DNA of 60,996 nucleotides, filler included, from Hausera hauseri (Eukaryota), in assembly GCA_046269625.1 (NCBI GenBank). It is 12 parts of 12 records of this genome, joined end to end, with 100 filler letters (N's around TTAATTAATTAA, not from the genome) between each part and the next. Parts side by side here need not be neighbours in the genome. Positions count along the whole stretch, not along the records: positions 34,509 to 41,139 come from JBJURY010080214.1; positions 41,240 to 45,719 come from JBJURY010560673.1; positions 45,820 to 52,645 come from JBJURY010061884.1; 9 more parts are not named here. One strand, 5' to 3'. Shown here one piece after another: positions 38,310 through 50,929 of this stretch (positions within the stretch are counted from its first letter, which is position 1; each line of letters opens with the position of its first letter). The translations under genes were made by a program, and so were the position numbers. The notes under the pieces were generated by a model, which made no database searches, was not told where the DNA came from, and was given only the letters and a program-made list of their open reading frames with translations.

Positions 38310-40625
38310 TTTGATCCATCAACAAATTTCTCTTTCGATTCATCAAATTCAAAATCTACAAGCCGAAAGTGCGACCCTACATCAAGCCATATCGACCAAC
38401 TCTAGAAAAATTGACGCTTTGTCTCTACCGCGTCGTGATGGGTTTAGCGCGGATCGAAGAAGACAGTCGTCTGCAAACTCTAGGAACGGCCAGTCATCTT
38501 CGCGACAAATGGTGTGCTATTATCACACAAAATTCAATCGAAATGCCAAAAAATGCTGCATAGGCTGCAAGTTCTATACGCATCGTTTCCAATCCCACGA
38601 TGCGGTCTGTATCTATCACAGTAAGTTTAAATGCAGTATAAAACGCTATTTACCTGGGTGTAAGTTTTACACCAAGAAACCTCTAACAACTTCTTCTTCT
38701 ATTCAAAAAAACGAATAAATCCGCCAGAAATTACGGAAACCTCTGGCAAAGGCCCTTTTGTATCACTTAATTGCCGTACCAACGCTGTTTTTCTTTTGGA
38801 TGCTGAATTCGCATCTTTCCCGCACGACACCAAATTTCTGATTGACTCGAGTGCAGCCGTCTCATTACTTCCTTCATCCTTTAACTCCTTAAAACTACTT
38901 CTCACGTCTGACAAACTTTTAATTGCCACTGGGCAAACTTTACGCATTTCTGGTACTGCAGAACTTTCTTTCACTTTAGCACATTTCTCTGAAGTCTCCG
39001 TATGGAAATTCATAGTCGCTCACATCAAAACTCCTATCTTAGCTTCTGAGTTTCTATCATATCACAATTTACTTGTCGACTGCAGACAGCACAATGTCGT
39101 GAAAAATACAATCGATAATACAAAATCACAAAATGGTACACTACTTGTCGCGCATATGGTTGCGATTCCGAATTCGATATGAAAGAAATTTGTCATCAAG
39201 CTAAATGAATTGAGTGTTGGCAATACCGATTGTGACGATTCTATTCATACAATCACTAAAAAACAACTGCTAATACAAACATGATCTCTCAGCCTGCATC
39301 CCCATCCTTACAACTAGATTCAGCTCTTCGCGATTACGTAACAACGTCTTGTGCCGGAACATTAAAGAACGATCCTACTTTTAAGCCTGCTTCTACAACG
39401 TACCATCACATTGTCACTGAACATCGAAGACCAATTAAACAGAATGCCTCTTTCTCCTCACAGACGCAAAGCGGTAGAGTTGGAATTTAACGAACTTGAA
39501 AAAACAGGAATTATAAGAAGGTCAAAATCCCCTTGAGCCTGACCATTGCACGTTGTTCCCAAGAAGGATGGCACATTCAGGCTCTGTGGCGACTACCGAC
39601 TATTAAACACCATCACGGTAATGGATGCTTATCCACTACCGCTCATTAATAACATTTTACATCTATTCCATGGCAAAATCATATTTTCATCAATCGATCT
39701 TCATAAAGCCTACCATCAGATTCTCATGGCACCAGCTGACACATCGAAAACGGCTGTAACAACACCTTTCGTCCTTTTCCAGCATGTTTTCATGCCATTT
39801 TGACTCCATAGTGCCTCAAAAACATTTCAAAGGCACATAGACACAGTGCTTGGCGGTCTAAACTTTGCGTTCCCATACATAGACGACATTCTCATCGCTT
39901 CGTCGTCTCCCAAACAGCATTCTGAGGATTTACTAATAGTCTTTCAGAGCCTTCGCCAAAGTAACCTCGAAGTGAACTTCTCTAAATGCTCCTTTTTCCA
40001 ACACAGAATCAACTTTCTTGGTCACATTATCAGCAAATCTGGCCATCTCCTCAACACGATCGCATAACTCGACTTAAAAACATTCAGCTGCCACGTACAA
40101 GAACTGAGATGCGCTCTTTTCTTGGTACACTCCACTTTGTTCATAAATACGTGTCACATTGCTCCGAATTAACCGCGCCCTTTGCATTTATATCGTCTGG
40201 AAAAAAACAGTTAATTCACTGGACGCCTGAACTTGTAAACCAATTCGACCATTTACGTGAGGGTTTAAAAACCGTTGAAATTCTGGCATGCCCCAAGCCC
40301 GACACAGAGCTGATATTAACCACAGACTCCTGTACCAGAGCAGTCGGCGCAATATTGCATCAAATTTCTAATGACGTCAACGATCCTCTGGAATTTTATT
40401 CGCGCAAACTTACACCACCGGAAAGTCGTTATTCAACTATTGACAGAGAGCTCCTAGTCATAATATTAGCTCTAAAACACTTCTCACATTTGCTAATTAT
40501 CAGATCTTTTACGATTCAAATAGACCACAAACCTCTGCTTCGCATTATGGACATGAAAGTACCTTCACCCTGACAGGAACGTCACATATCGTACTTGTCG
40601 ACATTTAATTTTAAAGTGATACATA
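38310..40625 (+). pseudogene. CsRn1-like gag C-terminus, protease, RT and RNase H; truncated before integrase
   Basis: CYYHTKFNRNAKKCCIGC, LIDSSA, RLCGDYR, YIDD, TTDS, DRELL, DHKPL. Confidence 0.9.
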
Positions 40626-41239
40626 TTTCAAAACTTGTATAATGACTGGTACAGGCCGGGGTGTCAAATTTAAAAAAAATTTTTTCATTCGTTCGCCATT
40701 AATAATATTAATAATAATAATAATAATATTATTATTAAAATAATAATAAAAATTTGAACACAACTACTCCCAACACTTCAATTATAAAAATATTCAATAA
40801 AAATGAGTTAAAATAATTCAGATTTGTAAATTTTGTAAAACGGTACGCATAATAATTAAATCACACAATAAATACATTTGGAGTAAATGTAGGCAAAGCC
40901 GAGGTGAAACCTCTACAATTTGTAAATGTTGCATAAATATTTTATAAGTGACTGAAAAAAATAATTCAAAATTATTAAAAAAATATTCAATTCGATTTTA
41001 GCACAGTTCCAATTATCCAATCAAAATATAAACGTGATATTCAGAATCCGCATACTCTAATTGACTATAGAACAAAAAATCGAGTCAAAATTCGAACATA
41101 TATTTTTCATCAAAAATTTTTTCAAGTGAGGGCCATAAGNNNNNNNNNNNNNNNNNNNNNNNNNNNNNNNNNNNNNNNNNNNNTTAATTAATTAANNNNN
41201 NNNNNNNNNNNNNNNNNNNNNNNNNNNNNNNNNNNNNNN

Positions 41240-44200
41240 ATACTTTTCTTAGCTCTTCTATCGTATTCTCCACCATAATCTTCTCAACTACTGCGTCGTC
41301 AGTTAGGCTACTTTTCAACAGTTTCAAACGCGAAATTTTCATTATTCTGGCTGCGTTAAATATTGCCTTTTTTTTGTCATCTAATGTATCTCCGCGGAGA
41401 CTCGAATAATTTACGATTCGTATTAAATTTTTCATTAACTCGCTTAGTTCTTTATTATCTGTACTAAAAGTGGGAATCGATATCTGGCTTAAGTCTCTAA
41501 TTAGTTCTCCATTATAGTCAATTTCGTCTCGGGGCTTCCTGGGTCTGCCGACTGGGCGTTTCGATTTTGGAGCATTAGCTGGCATTTCCCTTAACGGTAC
41601 TAGATTCTTGTCATATTGTTCTTTGTCTTTATCCATCTGTAAATATTCGAAATACATTTCAGCGTCTCGTACTCCCATGATTTGTCCTATGCATTGTTTC
41701 GTTTAGCTTCCGCGTGGCTTCTTCTTTTGTCTGTTCGTTGGCTATAATTACTACTATCCTATTTGTTTCGCCGGGGATGATTCCGACATCTATTAACTGT
41801 TCTAAATCTTCGAGTATTCTTCCTCTAAAGTAAAATCTGTAATTTAGCTTATTCCTTTCACCGTCGTTTAGTAACCATTCTCTTACGTCCTTTACATAGG
41901 AATAGGTAGTTAACTCACATTCCTTCTCATCCATCCATTCGGATAATATAATTACTTTTATCATTACTTCGGGTTTAGTCTTCAAGATGTCTACGTATTT
42001 TTTATAAAACGTTTCGGTACCTTGCTGTAAATTGTATTTTCGCTAGATAATTTAGTCAAAGTCGGAATAAGTTGTCTAAGATTATTTTCAATTATATTCA
42101 CATTAATTGATTCCATCAAGTCCTTCTCAGTTAACGCTGAGTCTAGGAGCATCTCTACGTTGAATTTCCTATTCTGCGGATACATTTGTATTTTATCTAG
42201 GTGTACTGGAGTTACCGGATTTTCGGCCGTTATTTCTTCTAAATAAGCGTTCCATTGTGGTTCATATCTAATATCTGGGAGTCCCTAATCTACAAGCTCT
42301 ATGTTCGTTCTTTGCACATTTTATCGAATTTCTTTTAGCCTTGGTTATATTTCTTTTATCCGCGTGGTTCGGAAACCTATTCCGTTTCCACAGGCATACT
42401 AAATTATTTTCGGTAGATCGCCTAGCTCGTTAGAAATAATGAATCCTTTTTATGATAATTGGTTAGCTCAATAATTACATCTTTTTCTCAACTTTGTACG
42501 AATTCTCGCTTATTTTTAATTTCTGATTCCAGAAAAGCATATTTGTTTCGGTAGCCTTCAAACTCTTTTGTTTGTTCGTCTAGCCTCGTTGTCTTTGATT
42601 TGTTCTGATACATGTTTCTTCAACTTGTTGTATTTTGGGAATTAATTGCCTCATTCTTTCGTCATTAATCTCTGCCATTTCTACTAGTAAATAAGCTAGC
42701 CCATACATCCCATTTATAATTTTCAAGTCGGAATCCATTGTATCCAGCAATTTCTTTACGAAATTAGATTCTTCGACAGTAAGACGTTGGTCGTTTCTTA
42801 TTCTCGTCAATTCGGTGTTATAATTCTGCTCTGTACCGGCTATCCATTCTTGTGGTTTATGCAAAAATCTTAGTGCTTCTATTAGGGCTGCTCTATGTTC
42901 TGAACAAATACCTAGGGTTTCAATATCCTGAACCGAAATCTCATCGATCGGTTTCTCGATTAAATGTTGGATTCCTTCTTGCCGGATAGTTTTTAACTTT
43001 GAGTAAAAATTACAAGTCACAATCCGTTCTTCTATAAAGTTCGTTTCTTCAATCATTTTATAGATTTCTTCCAATATTGTCATTTCTTGTTTCCTCTTCA
43101 TAAAATTTAATTGTCCTAATGATTCGAACCGTGTCCGGATGTCTATTTCTACTTATATGGTGGTTAAGTTACCTGAACCTTCTTCTAGTTGCTTTTTCAC
43201 CGATGGCTCACTTTCCGGAAATTCTTCCTTGCGGTCTTCTACTAGTTTACTTAATCTTATCATTAGTTCGGATCATTCTGACAATTGATTAGCAATTATT
43301 TACTTGGCTAATATTGCTTTGTCTTACGTTTTATAGGCGTCTTCCAATTCATCGTCTGGGCCTTTTATAAAATTCATGATTTGGCTAACATAGTTTAACT
43401 CATGCTTATATTCGTCGAATTCTATGATACAAGCTTTTATTATATATTTGGTTTCGTCGTTATTCATAAACATAATCCGATTTCTTAAACTATTGATTTG
43501 TGACCTTCTTTCATTATCCATTTTAATGCGACTCTCTAAGTCCGCACATGGTCTGTTCTCGACGAAGGCAAATTTTATCATCTTCATTAAGTTAGGAATA
43601 TCCATCGGGTCTACACCCAATATTTCTAAATCAATATCACTTCGATTGCTAACCGGTTTTTCCCTAAGGCGATTTATCATTGTATAACGTATTTCGTCCA
43701 TCTTACGTTCTAAGTTACGGGTTACTCTCTTCAACTTGGGATTAGCTTCTAAGGTAGATAGCAGTGTTTGCGCTTCAGCGACTTTTACACTAATATTATC
43801 TTCGTCTTTACTCCATCCTTCTGAAAATTCTACTCCACTTTTAATCCACGACTCTAATTCGTGGTTCCATTTTATCAACGTATCTTGTGCTACCTCTTCC
43901 GGTTGTCTTACTTCAATTGCTTCATCGAGTTTCCCTTCACTCCACAGTCTTAAACTCTTGTATAACTTCTCCGCAAATTGTTGTTCCTTACCAGATATAT
44001 CTGTTTGTTTACTAATCAGCTTGATCCTTTCCAAATTGTATCTGAGTATCTCTGGATTGTGACATTTAATTCTCATCCTCTTTAATTCGCCAGCATTTTT
44101 CCATGAACGTCGAACTTTCCATTTTTCACATCAGAATCACTATTATCGTTCATTTCTTCCTCACTGGCGGGAAACGGACAAACTTCGTTTATTTCGTCAT

Positions 44201-45719
44201 TAACATTTATCATCTTGGATGTCTGCAACACTTCTGAAATCCCTATAAGCGTAATAGAAATCTCTGAGGGCGAGTCATCTCTTAGGATAGCAGTATGGAA
44301 ATTTATTTTTTCTTCTGTATCCCTTTTAATGGGAGATCGTGAACGAGTCTTAGATTTTCTCTTAGGCGATTGGCTTCTACCTCTATTCTTTGTTATCTTG
44401 AGAACTAATGGTCCGATAAATTCACTTTAGACTCCATCCGTTATTTCGTCTGGATTATGCGTTTCTGCTTCTATTTCTGCATCTAATTTTATATTTTGAG
44501 ATGTTGATGGTTTCTCCGACTGAGCTAATCCTTGCGAAACAGACTTTTTACGTACCATATTAGTATTATTTGGAGCCAATGCCCATTCTTCTTCAGTCTG
44601 TGGTTCTCTAAATCCATGATAAACTTCCATTAATCGTAATTTCTTTTCATATTCTTTTCTAGCGTTTATGACTTGGGGATTTAGTAGTTTCACTTAGATT
44701 TCTTACCGATCTGCGTAAATCTTGCATTTCAATAATGAGGCTTATATCTTCTCGTTTATCATAGATGGCTTCTAAGTTATTTTTGATCATACTTGTTTTG
44801 TTCGGTTCGGTAAATGTGACGCTTCTGGAATTTGGAAATGACCTAGCGATGTGTCCTTCTTTTCCACACGTAAAGCATATTAAATTCCTATTCCGGCCGA
44901 TCCTTTGTCGGCCATCTTCATTTACAGGCGATTTCGCTCTGTTTGTATTCTTATTCCGATTCTGTAACATTTGTCTATTATCTCCGTCGTATCTGCTATC
45001 ATTAGTCCGATTATCCGTGTACCTATTTGGTTGATAACTACCTTGGTTCCTGTCCGAATTGTAGTTTTGTTTATTACTGTTCGAGCCATATGCATTCCGG
45101 TTATTATTAAAATTTCTGTCATTCCTTTGATTTCTATTGTGAGCATTTTGATTCCTGTTATCAAAACCTCGATTTGGGTTATTATCATTAAATCGTCTCT
45201 TATCTTGATTATCATTTCTATTTCGATTATTGCGGTCGTTATTCCTTCCATATTTGTCACCTTCTTGGACATATTTTTCTAATGCCATTTCTAGATCTTT
45301 TGTTAATTGTAATATCCTCTCAAAATTATCTGGTCTGGCCAGAATTAACTGTTTAACTAAATCTCTTGACCATATGCCATTTAGTAACTGAGTCCTCATC
45401 ATGACGTCTAAATCTGGTGGCGTTGCCTTTTCCGCGAACTCACGCTCTGCCTCTGCCTTAGCCTTAGCTACATTGGCTATCCTCAGGGCACTTACATAAC
45501 TATGAGCGAGTTCCTCTAATGCAAATGAAAATTGGGTTACCGATTCACCCTTTTGTTGCACTCTATTCTGAAATGCCATAAGCTTTTGCTGTGGCGTTAC
45601 TGTCGGCAATAATTTACGGTTTAAGGCTCCTACCAGGGAGGACCAAGATTTCTTTTCATCGTTAGTAAGCTCCCTATAAGTATCAGCAGCTAGATTCTTA
45701 AGATACAGTAATAAGCGTT
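41240..45719 (-). mobile_element. Large Gypsy-type element fragment: Gag, long helical region, UBL, AT-hook; no pol in 3.4 kb after Gag
   Basis: RVQQKGESVTQF..LEELA, Asn/Arg-rich linker, CFTCGKEGHIAR; UBL VKDVREWL..YRFYFRGRILEDLEQLIDVGI; KRPVGRPRK. Confidence 0.75.
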
Positions 45720-46519
45720 NNNNNNNNNNNNNNNNNNNNNNNNNNNNNNNNNNNNNNNNNNNNTTAATTAATTAANNNNNNNNNNNNNNNNNNNNNNNNN
45801 NNNNNNNNNNNNNNNNNNNTTTTCTGAATGGTATTCAATAAAAACTGCTGAATTTAACGAATTGTAGTGCTTCGTCGTAAAATTGTTCACAAGAAAGTAG
45901 TAATTTATCAGATTTTTTTGGCTTCCTACAGTTGCTATTTGCTTCGACTGTTGTTTGGTTTGATAAATTGAAAAAAAAAAACGTCTTCTTTCCAACCCAA
46001 TTTGATTTCATAAATTATAAAAATGTCGACTACGAAACTACACCCTCTAATATCAAATATTTAGCCAAGATTTGTAAAAGTTGCCATTCCATTTTTATTT
46101 TTATTAAGTAATAAACTTTACAATTAATTACCTGTAGTGCCGCTGGTTTAGTCACAGCCCTAGGTTTTAGACCGTTTAGGCGCCATGGCGAACCTTTGAG
46201 TCATCGAGTATCGCGAATAATCGTGGGACTTTTGCCCGTCTGCTGACGATTGTTTCATCTCAGAACCGAATAAAACCGATTGATGATCTTATACAAAGTT
46301 TTCTGGCATAATTGCACTATTGATCATGGTTGTCTAATCTGTAAATATTTCATTGGAATTGTTCATCAATTATTAATGAGCAATTGGTAATCTGAATATG
46401 ATGAATTACAAACTTGTCAAGCATGTGCAAATCGTTTAAAAAGAATTTTTCATGAAGGTAAAAACTCAGTTTGTGTAATATATTTCACGTGTAAAATAAA
46501 TACATGCGAAATAAACAGG

Positions 46520-46795
46520 TTGACAATAATAAACAGTCAAATATCGGTTGACAATTATCTATTTTCATCAAATACAAAATAAACATGTCGTTGGCACAAA
46601 AAAACAATTAATGATTATTTAATTGATGTTTTTATTTTATCGATATCTTTTCCTGCCTACGGTAATTAATTGATAATTCTTTATTTTTATGTACACAATT
46701 TTAATGACTTGTACGTTTTCCATATATCTTTTTTCAAAATCTAATATATATTAGACTCATTTTCATGAACTAACAACAAAAAATCTCGATCATGC
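46520..46795 (+). repeat. Left arm of ~280-bp inverted repeat (partner at 49720-50010)
   Basis: For example TTTTTATGTACACAATTTTAATGACTTGTACGTTTTCCA, with its exact reverse complement near 49813-49855. Confidence 0.88.
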
Positions 46796-46856
46796 TTTTA
46801 CACTGCTTAATTGTTATGATCGATGTAAGTACTTTCATTTTCTACCTTCTATCTTG

Positions 46857-47400
46857 TGTTCAATCTTCACTAATTACTTGGGAGAGACTTCTTTATAGGT
46901 GTTTAATTAATTGGGAGAACAAATGAACGTTAACTTTGTAGGCCGCGATGAGGGTGTAAATAGAGAGAGGATAGACTAACCTACATAGCTATGAGTAGGT
47001 AATATGTATGAGAGGATACTTTGATATATTAAATTATTCACTACTGTTTAGTATCCTACCTTTATTTACGATTATACGGGTGGTCGTCAGGTAGTGTTAG
47101 ACCTGGTCGACCAAAAGCCAATTTACTTGTTACTTATTTAATTAATTACTTTATTTAGAAGACTAAAAACAAAACGTTAATGGGAATTACAATAATATTT
47201 CATCCAAATAGAAAACAACGATATGAATTTTACCAACATAACCATAATCGAATAAAATACTTACACGATGACATAATAGCATATATTGTCAAAAATCAGT
47301 AACAGCTAATGTGTTTGAATCATAATGTCCTCTTTATATATTCAACCATAAACATATACAAATGTCCATATTTGGACAAAACGTCCATATTAGGACAAAA
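46857..47400 (-). repeat. LTR related to 15776-15983 (minus orientation, no PBS beside it)
   Basis: Shared U5-end sequence blocks; the right boundary is uncertain. Confidence 0.6.
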
Positions 47401-47887
47401 TCATGAACATTAATTACATGTACAGTGATAGAATTCAACAAATCGATTTTACATATAACAAATAATTTCCTTCCCATTTAAGTCAACAACAAATAACTTC
47501 ATTGCGATTTAAGTCATGTATGCAGATAGTTTCCTAACCGTTTTTGTCAACGAATAAAAATAAAATAGTCAGTAGAATAGTCAATAGAGTCGTCGCTTGA
47601 AGTACAACTTTGATTCTTTTCATAATACTTACATTTTTTGGTAATCATACCTCTCTATTAATAGTTAACTAATCTCTGAAAAACGGGGTCCGATTCAGCA
47701 TAGCGTCCCATAAGGACGTTTGTTCAAAATCATTATAAGAGGAATGCGCTAATGTGCCTCCTCGCAATCGATTTACACACTAGGATCAAATAAAATTCGG
47801 TAACCCCACAGGTTACTGCAAGCATAAATAACGTTTACGTTTGAGATCGCAAGGCCTAATCTATGTTAGAACCTTTAAACTTAACAC

Positions 47888-49720
47888 TGGTGCCCCCGAG
47901 TAAGGAGACACGCTGGCGTTGTATCATTTACGAACTAAAAGTAAAGGACAGGCTAATAATGTAATAGAAAATATGGAAACAGAAGAAAACCTTCAAATAG
48001 AAAAAAATCCCCAAATGTCCAACAGGCGCAGCTTGGGTAGTAACCTAGGTGGCACTATGATTTTGCCCATGGATAAATTCAAACGAAAACCAGATCAGGA
48101 CTACAGTGAGTTTCTGATGCAGTACCAAATGTACTCTTTTCGAATGGACAGACAAGCTGAGGATAAAACTCCTTCCACTTCATCTTGAAGGTATAGCACT
48201 TAGTGCTTATACACAAGTAATGAAGACATAAGTAAGGATGTTCTCCTAGCTCAGCTCTGTTACGGAGTAACCAGAGAAATTCAAAATTATATTATCATTG
48301 TCGATCCTAAAACCTATAAAGAAGCTGTCAGTAAAGCCAGAAAAATAGACGTTAATTACGAAAGGCTTGAAAATATGAAAAAATCTCCCAGAAATGATAA
48401 CAAGAAAGTGAAAATTTTTCAAAAGATATTCCAAAATCTGTCAGAGCAACAGCAGAAGAAGGTTACTTTTCAAAATCAACCTAAAATGTCTGCAATGAAG
48501 AAACCGATAGTCAAGCAGGATGGACAGCCATTGTGTTTCTCCTGTCAGAAATATTGATATATGACTCGTTCGTGTCCCACTCAAGGACAGTCAAGCTCAA
48601 AGAAAAATAACACTAATATAATTTGTAAATTATCTGATATGGATATTGAGCATGAAACTACAGATGGAGCCTGAACATACAATAGAAAAGCTCCAACAAA
48701 AGATTAGAGCTAAGTTAAAGAAAGTAAAACAGATGTGGTAGAAGACGACGAATATAAAGTAACTGAATTAAAGTAGTTACATTTAGAATTAAAAGAACAG
48801 CAAATTTGTAAAAAAAGACAAAATAATGAATGAAAATTCAATTATTGCACTAATAGGCAGGCCTAAAAAGAACCTGCATCAGAATCAGACACTGAAATGA
48901 AAAAGTTCGAAAGAAAAGACTGACCTTTAATACAAGAAGAGGACTTGAAGACCCCTGAGTCAGACTTACCCTCATATAGTGAAAAAAGTGATTAAACTGA
49001 CAAAATAGAGAATAAGAAAGAAAGTGAAGGAACCGCCACAACAACTAGAAACTTCACCTATATATTTGGACCAAGATGGCATCGAAATAGTACGAAAAAT
49101 ATCGAGTTACGTCAATCAATAATTAATTGATGGCACTCAATTTAAACAGGATCTCTCAATGTTACTGTCACCTACAGTAAGCCATCAACAGTTTGGAAAT
49201 TTATTGGGCCATTGCTAATATATGATGTTGACAAGAGTCCACACCAAAACTGTGTGATATATAATCTACCGCTACGCAGAAAGAGTAAGAACTATTGGAG
49301 AAAACCCTGAAGTATTATTTATTGTCCAACATAACCAAGATCGCCATGCTCTGAGAATAAAGTCGTTAGACACGATAACTGTACTAAGGCATAGGATTAA
49401 TGAAATAACCTAGGTTCGAGGAATGCTAGAATTGCAGTTGTATGGACGGACATTGTTAGATTACGAAATTATGTATGAAGTAGGAAAGTGGAAAAATAGA
49501 TATAACCCCGTGTGCATTACCTTCAAACAAACTGAACAAGAGATAATAGATGAAATTCTTACCGACGTCAGATAAAAGGATGTACAAGAAGCTGATCAAC
49601 ATCACGAAGTTCAACATACAGGAATGGAAACAAATATTCCTGTATCATAACAGATTCAAACCGACAAAAGAAATCGAGGTAGACCTAAAGGAACGACAGA
49701 AAAGCATGAGATGATGAAGG
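47888..49720 (+). mobile_element. Relative of the pol-less element: PBS, gag, UBL, AT-hook; truncated
   Basis: ...TTAACA-C-TGGTGCCCCCGAGTAAGG (elongator tRNA-Met-like PBS); LPMDKF, PLHLEGIAL, AQLCYG, CFSCQKY; LQLYGRTLLDYE..YNPVCIT; KRNRGRPKG. Confidence 0.7.
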
Positions 49721-50010
49721 TACGATCAAGAATTTTTTGTTGTTAGTTCATGAAAACAAGTCTAGTATATATATCTATATATACTAGATTTTGAAAAGAT
49801 ACGATAAAAAAATGTGGAAAACGTACAAGTCATTAAAATTGTGTACATAAAAATAAAAATAATTATCAATTAATTACCGTAGAAAAGAAAAGATATCGAT
49901 AAAATAAAAACACCAAATATATAATCATTAACTGTTTTTTATGTTTATTTTATATTTCATGAAAGTAGATAATTGCCAACCGATTTTCCACTCTTTATTA
50001 TTGTCTATTT
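49720..50010 (-). repeat. Right arm of inverted repeat
   Basis: Reverse complement of 46520-46795 with scattered substitutions and indels. Confidence 0.88.
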
Positions 50011-50929
50011 TACAAATGTAACAGTATTTCGCACTTGTTCAAGTCCTCCCAATACATTTGGGAATTTTGAACTGTGACAAAATTTTCATTCTTTTTCTCG
50101 ATTACGTAATGAGGAGATTTGAACAAGTGCGAAATATTGTCACATTTAAAAGCTTCGATTGCATTGTTTTTACTTCGTTTTCGAAATTTTTTTCATATTA
50201 TTAGTCAACATTATATTTTCCGTCTTTTGCATTATTTATTAATCAATTTTCTTCTGAGGTTGCGAAAACAAAACTTGAAGTTCTTAACGCAATATGAACG
50301 TGCAAAAATGAAATTTCAGCCGTAAAACATTACTTCTAACTTATATGAACCTATTTTCATCATATTTAACTGCTGTACATATTCTTTGCTGTGATCGTTT
50401 ATAAGCAGACATATTTTATAAAATGCCTGTTTTCTGACTCATTTTGGTGTACAAAGTTCATGAATTTTATAATTTTGTCCTATCATATATAAGAGTTTTA
50501 TACTATAAGAGTAGTTATTTGAAAAAGTTTTTAGACATTAATGTATATGTAGTTTTACGGTAGCAATACTGGATAGAAAAGTGTCGTTGCATTTTTGCAG
50601 CTTCAGACACACTTTCTACAGAGTATACTAAAAATGAAAAGCAGAAGAGAAAGAAAACTGGTTGACATGAAACAGCGGGGAAAAGAAAAAGAATGGAGAT
50701 ATTTCATAACACTGTGACGTCAATTAGACCGACTGAAAATGACGGCAAAAGCAGTAATGAATCAGCGAGCAAAACAGCTTGTGGTGTGTGCGGTAAATCA
50801 AAAGACCAAAAAAGCAAATAACAGGAAAGCCGAAGCCCATATATGTATAATGTACTAAAAGAAACCCAAAGTTCAGATTGCATCCCGTAAATGCATAAAA
50901 GGTAAAGGTTTCTGAGCTCACAGCATTGT

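Noticed and set aside
43424-45282. Plus-strand ORFs antisense to gag and accessory ORFs (also around 13537-15376 and 32337-33445)
   Set aside because: Shadow ORFs caused by codon and purine bias of the real minus-strand frames.
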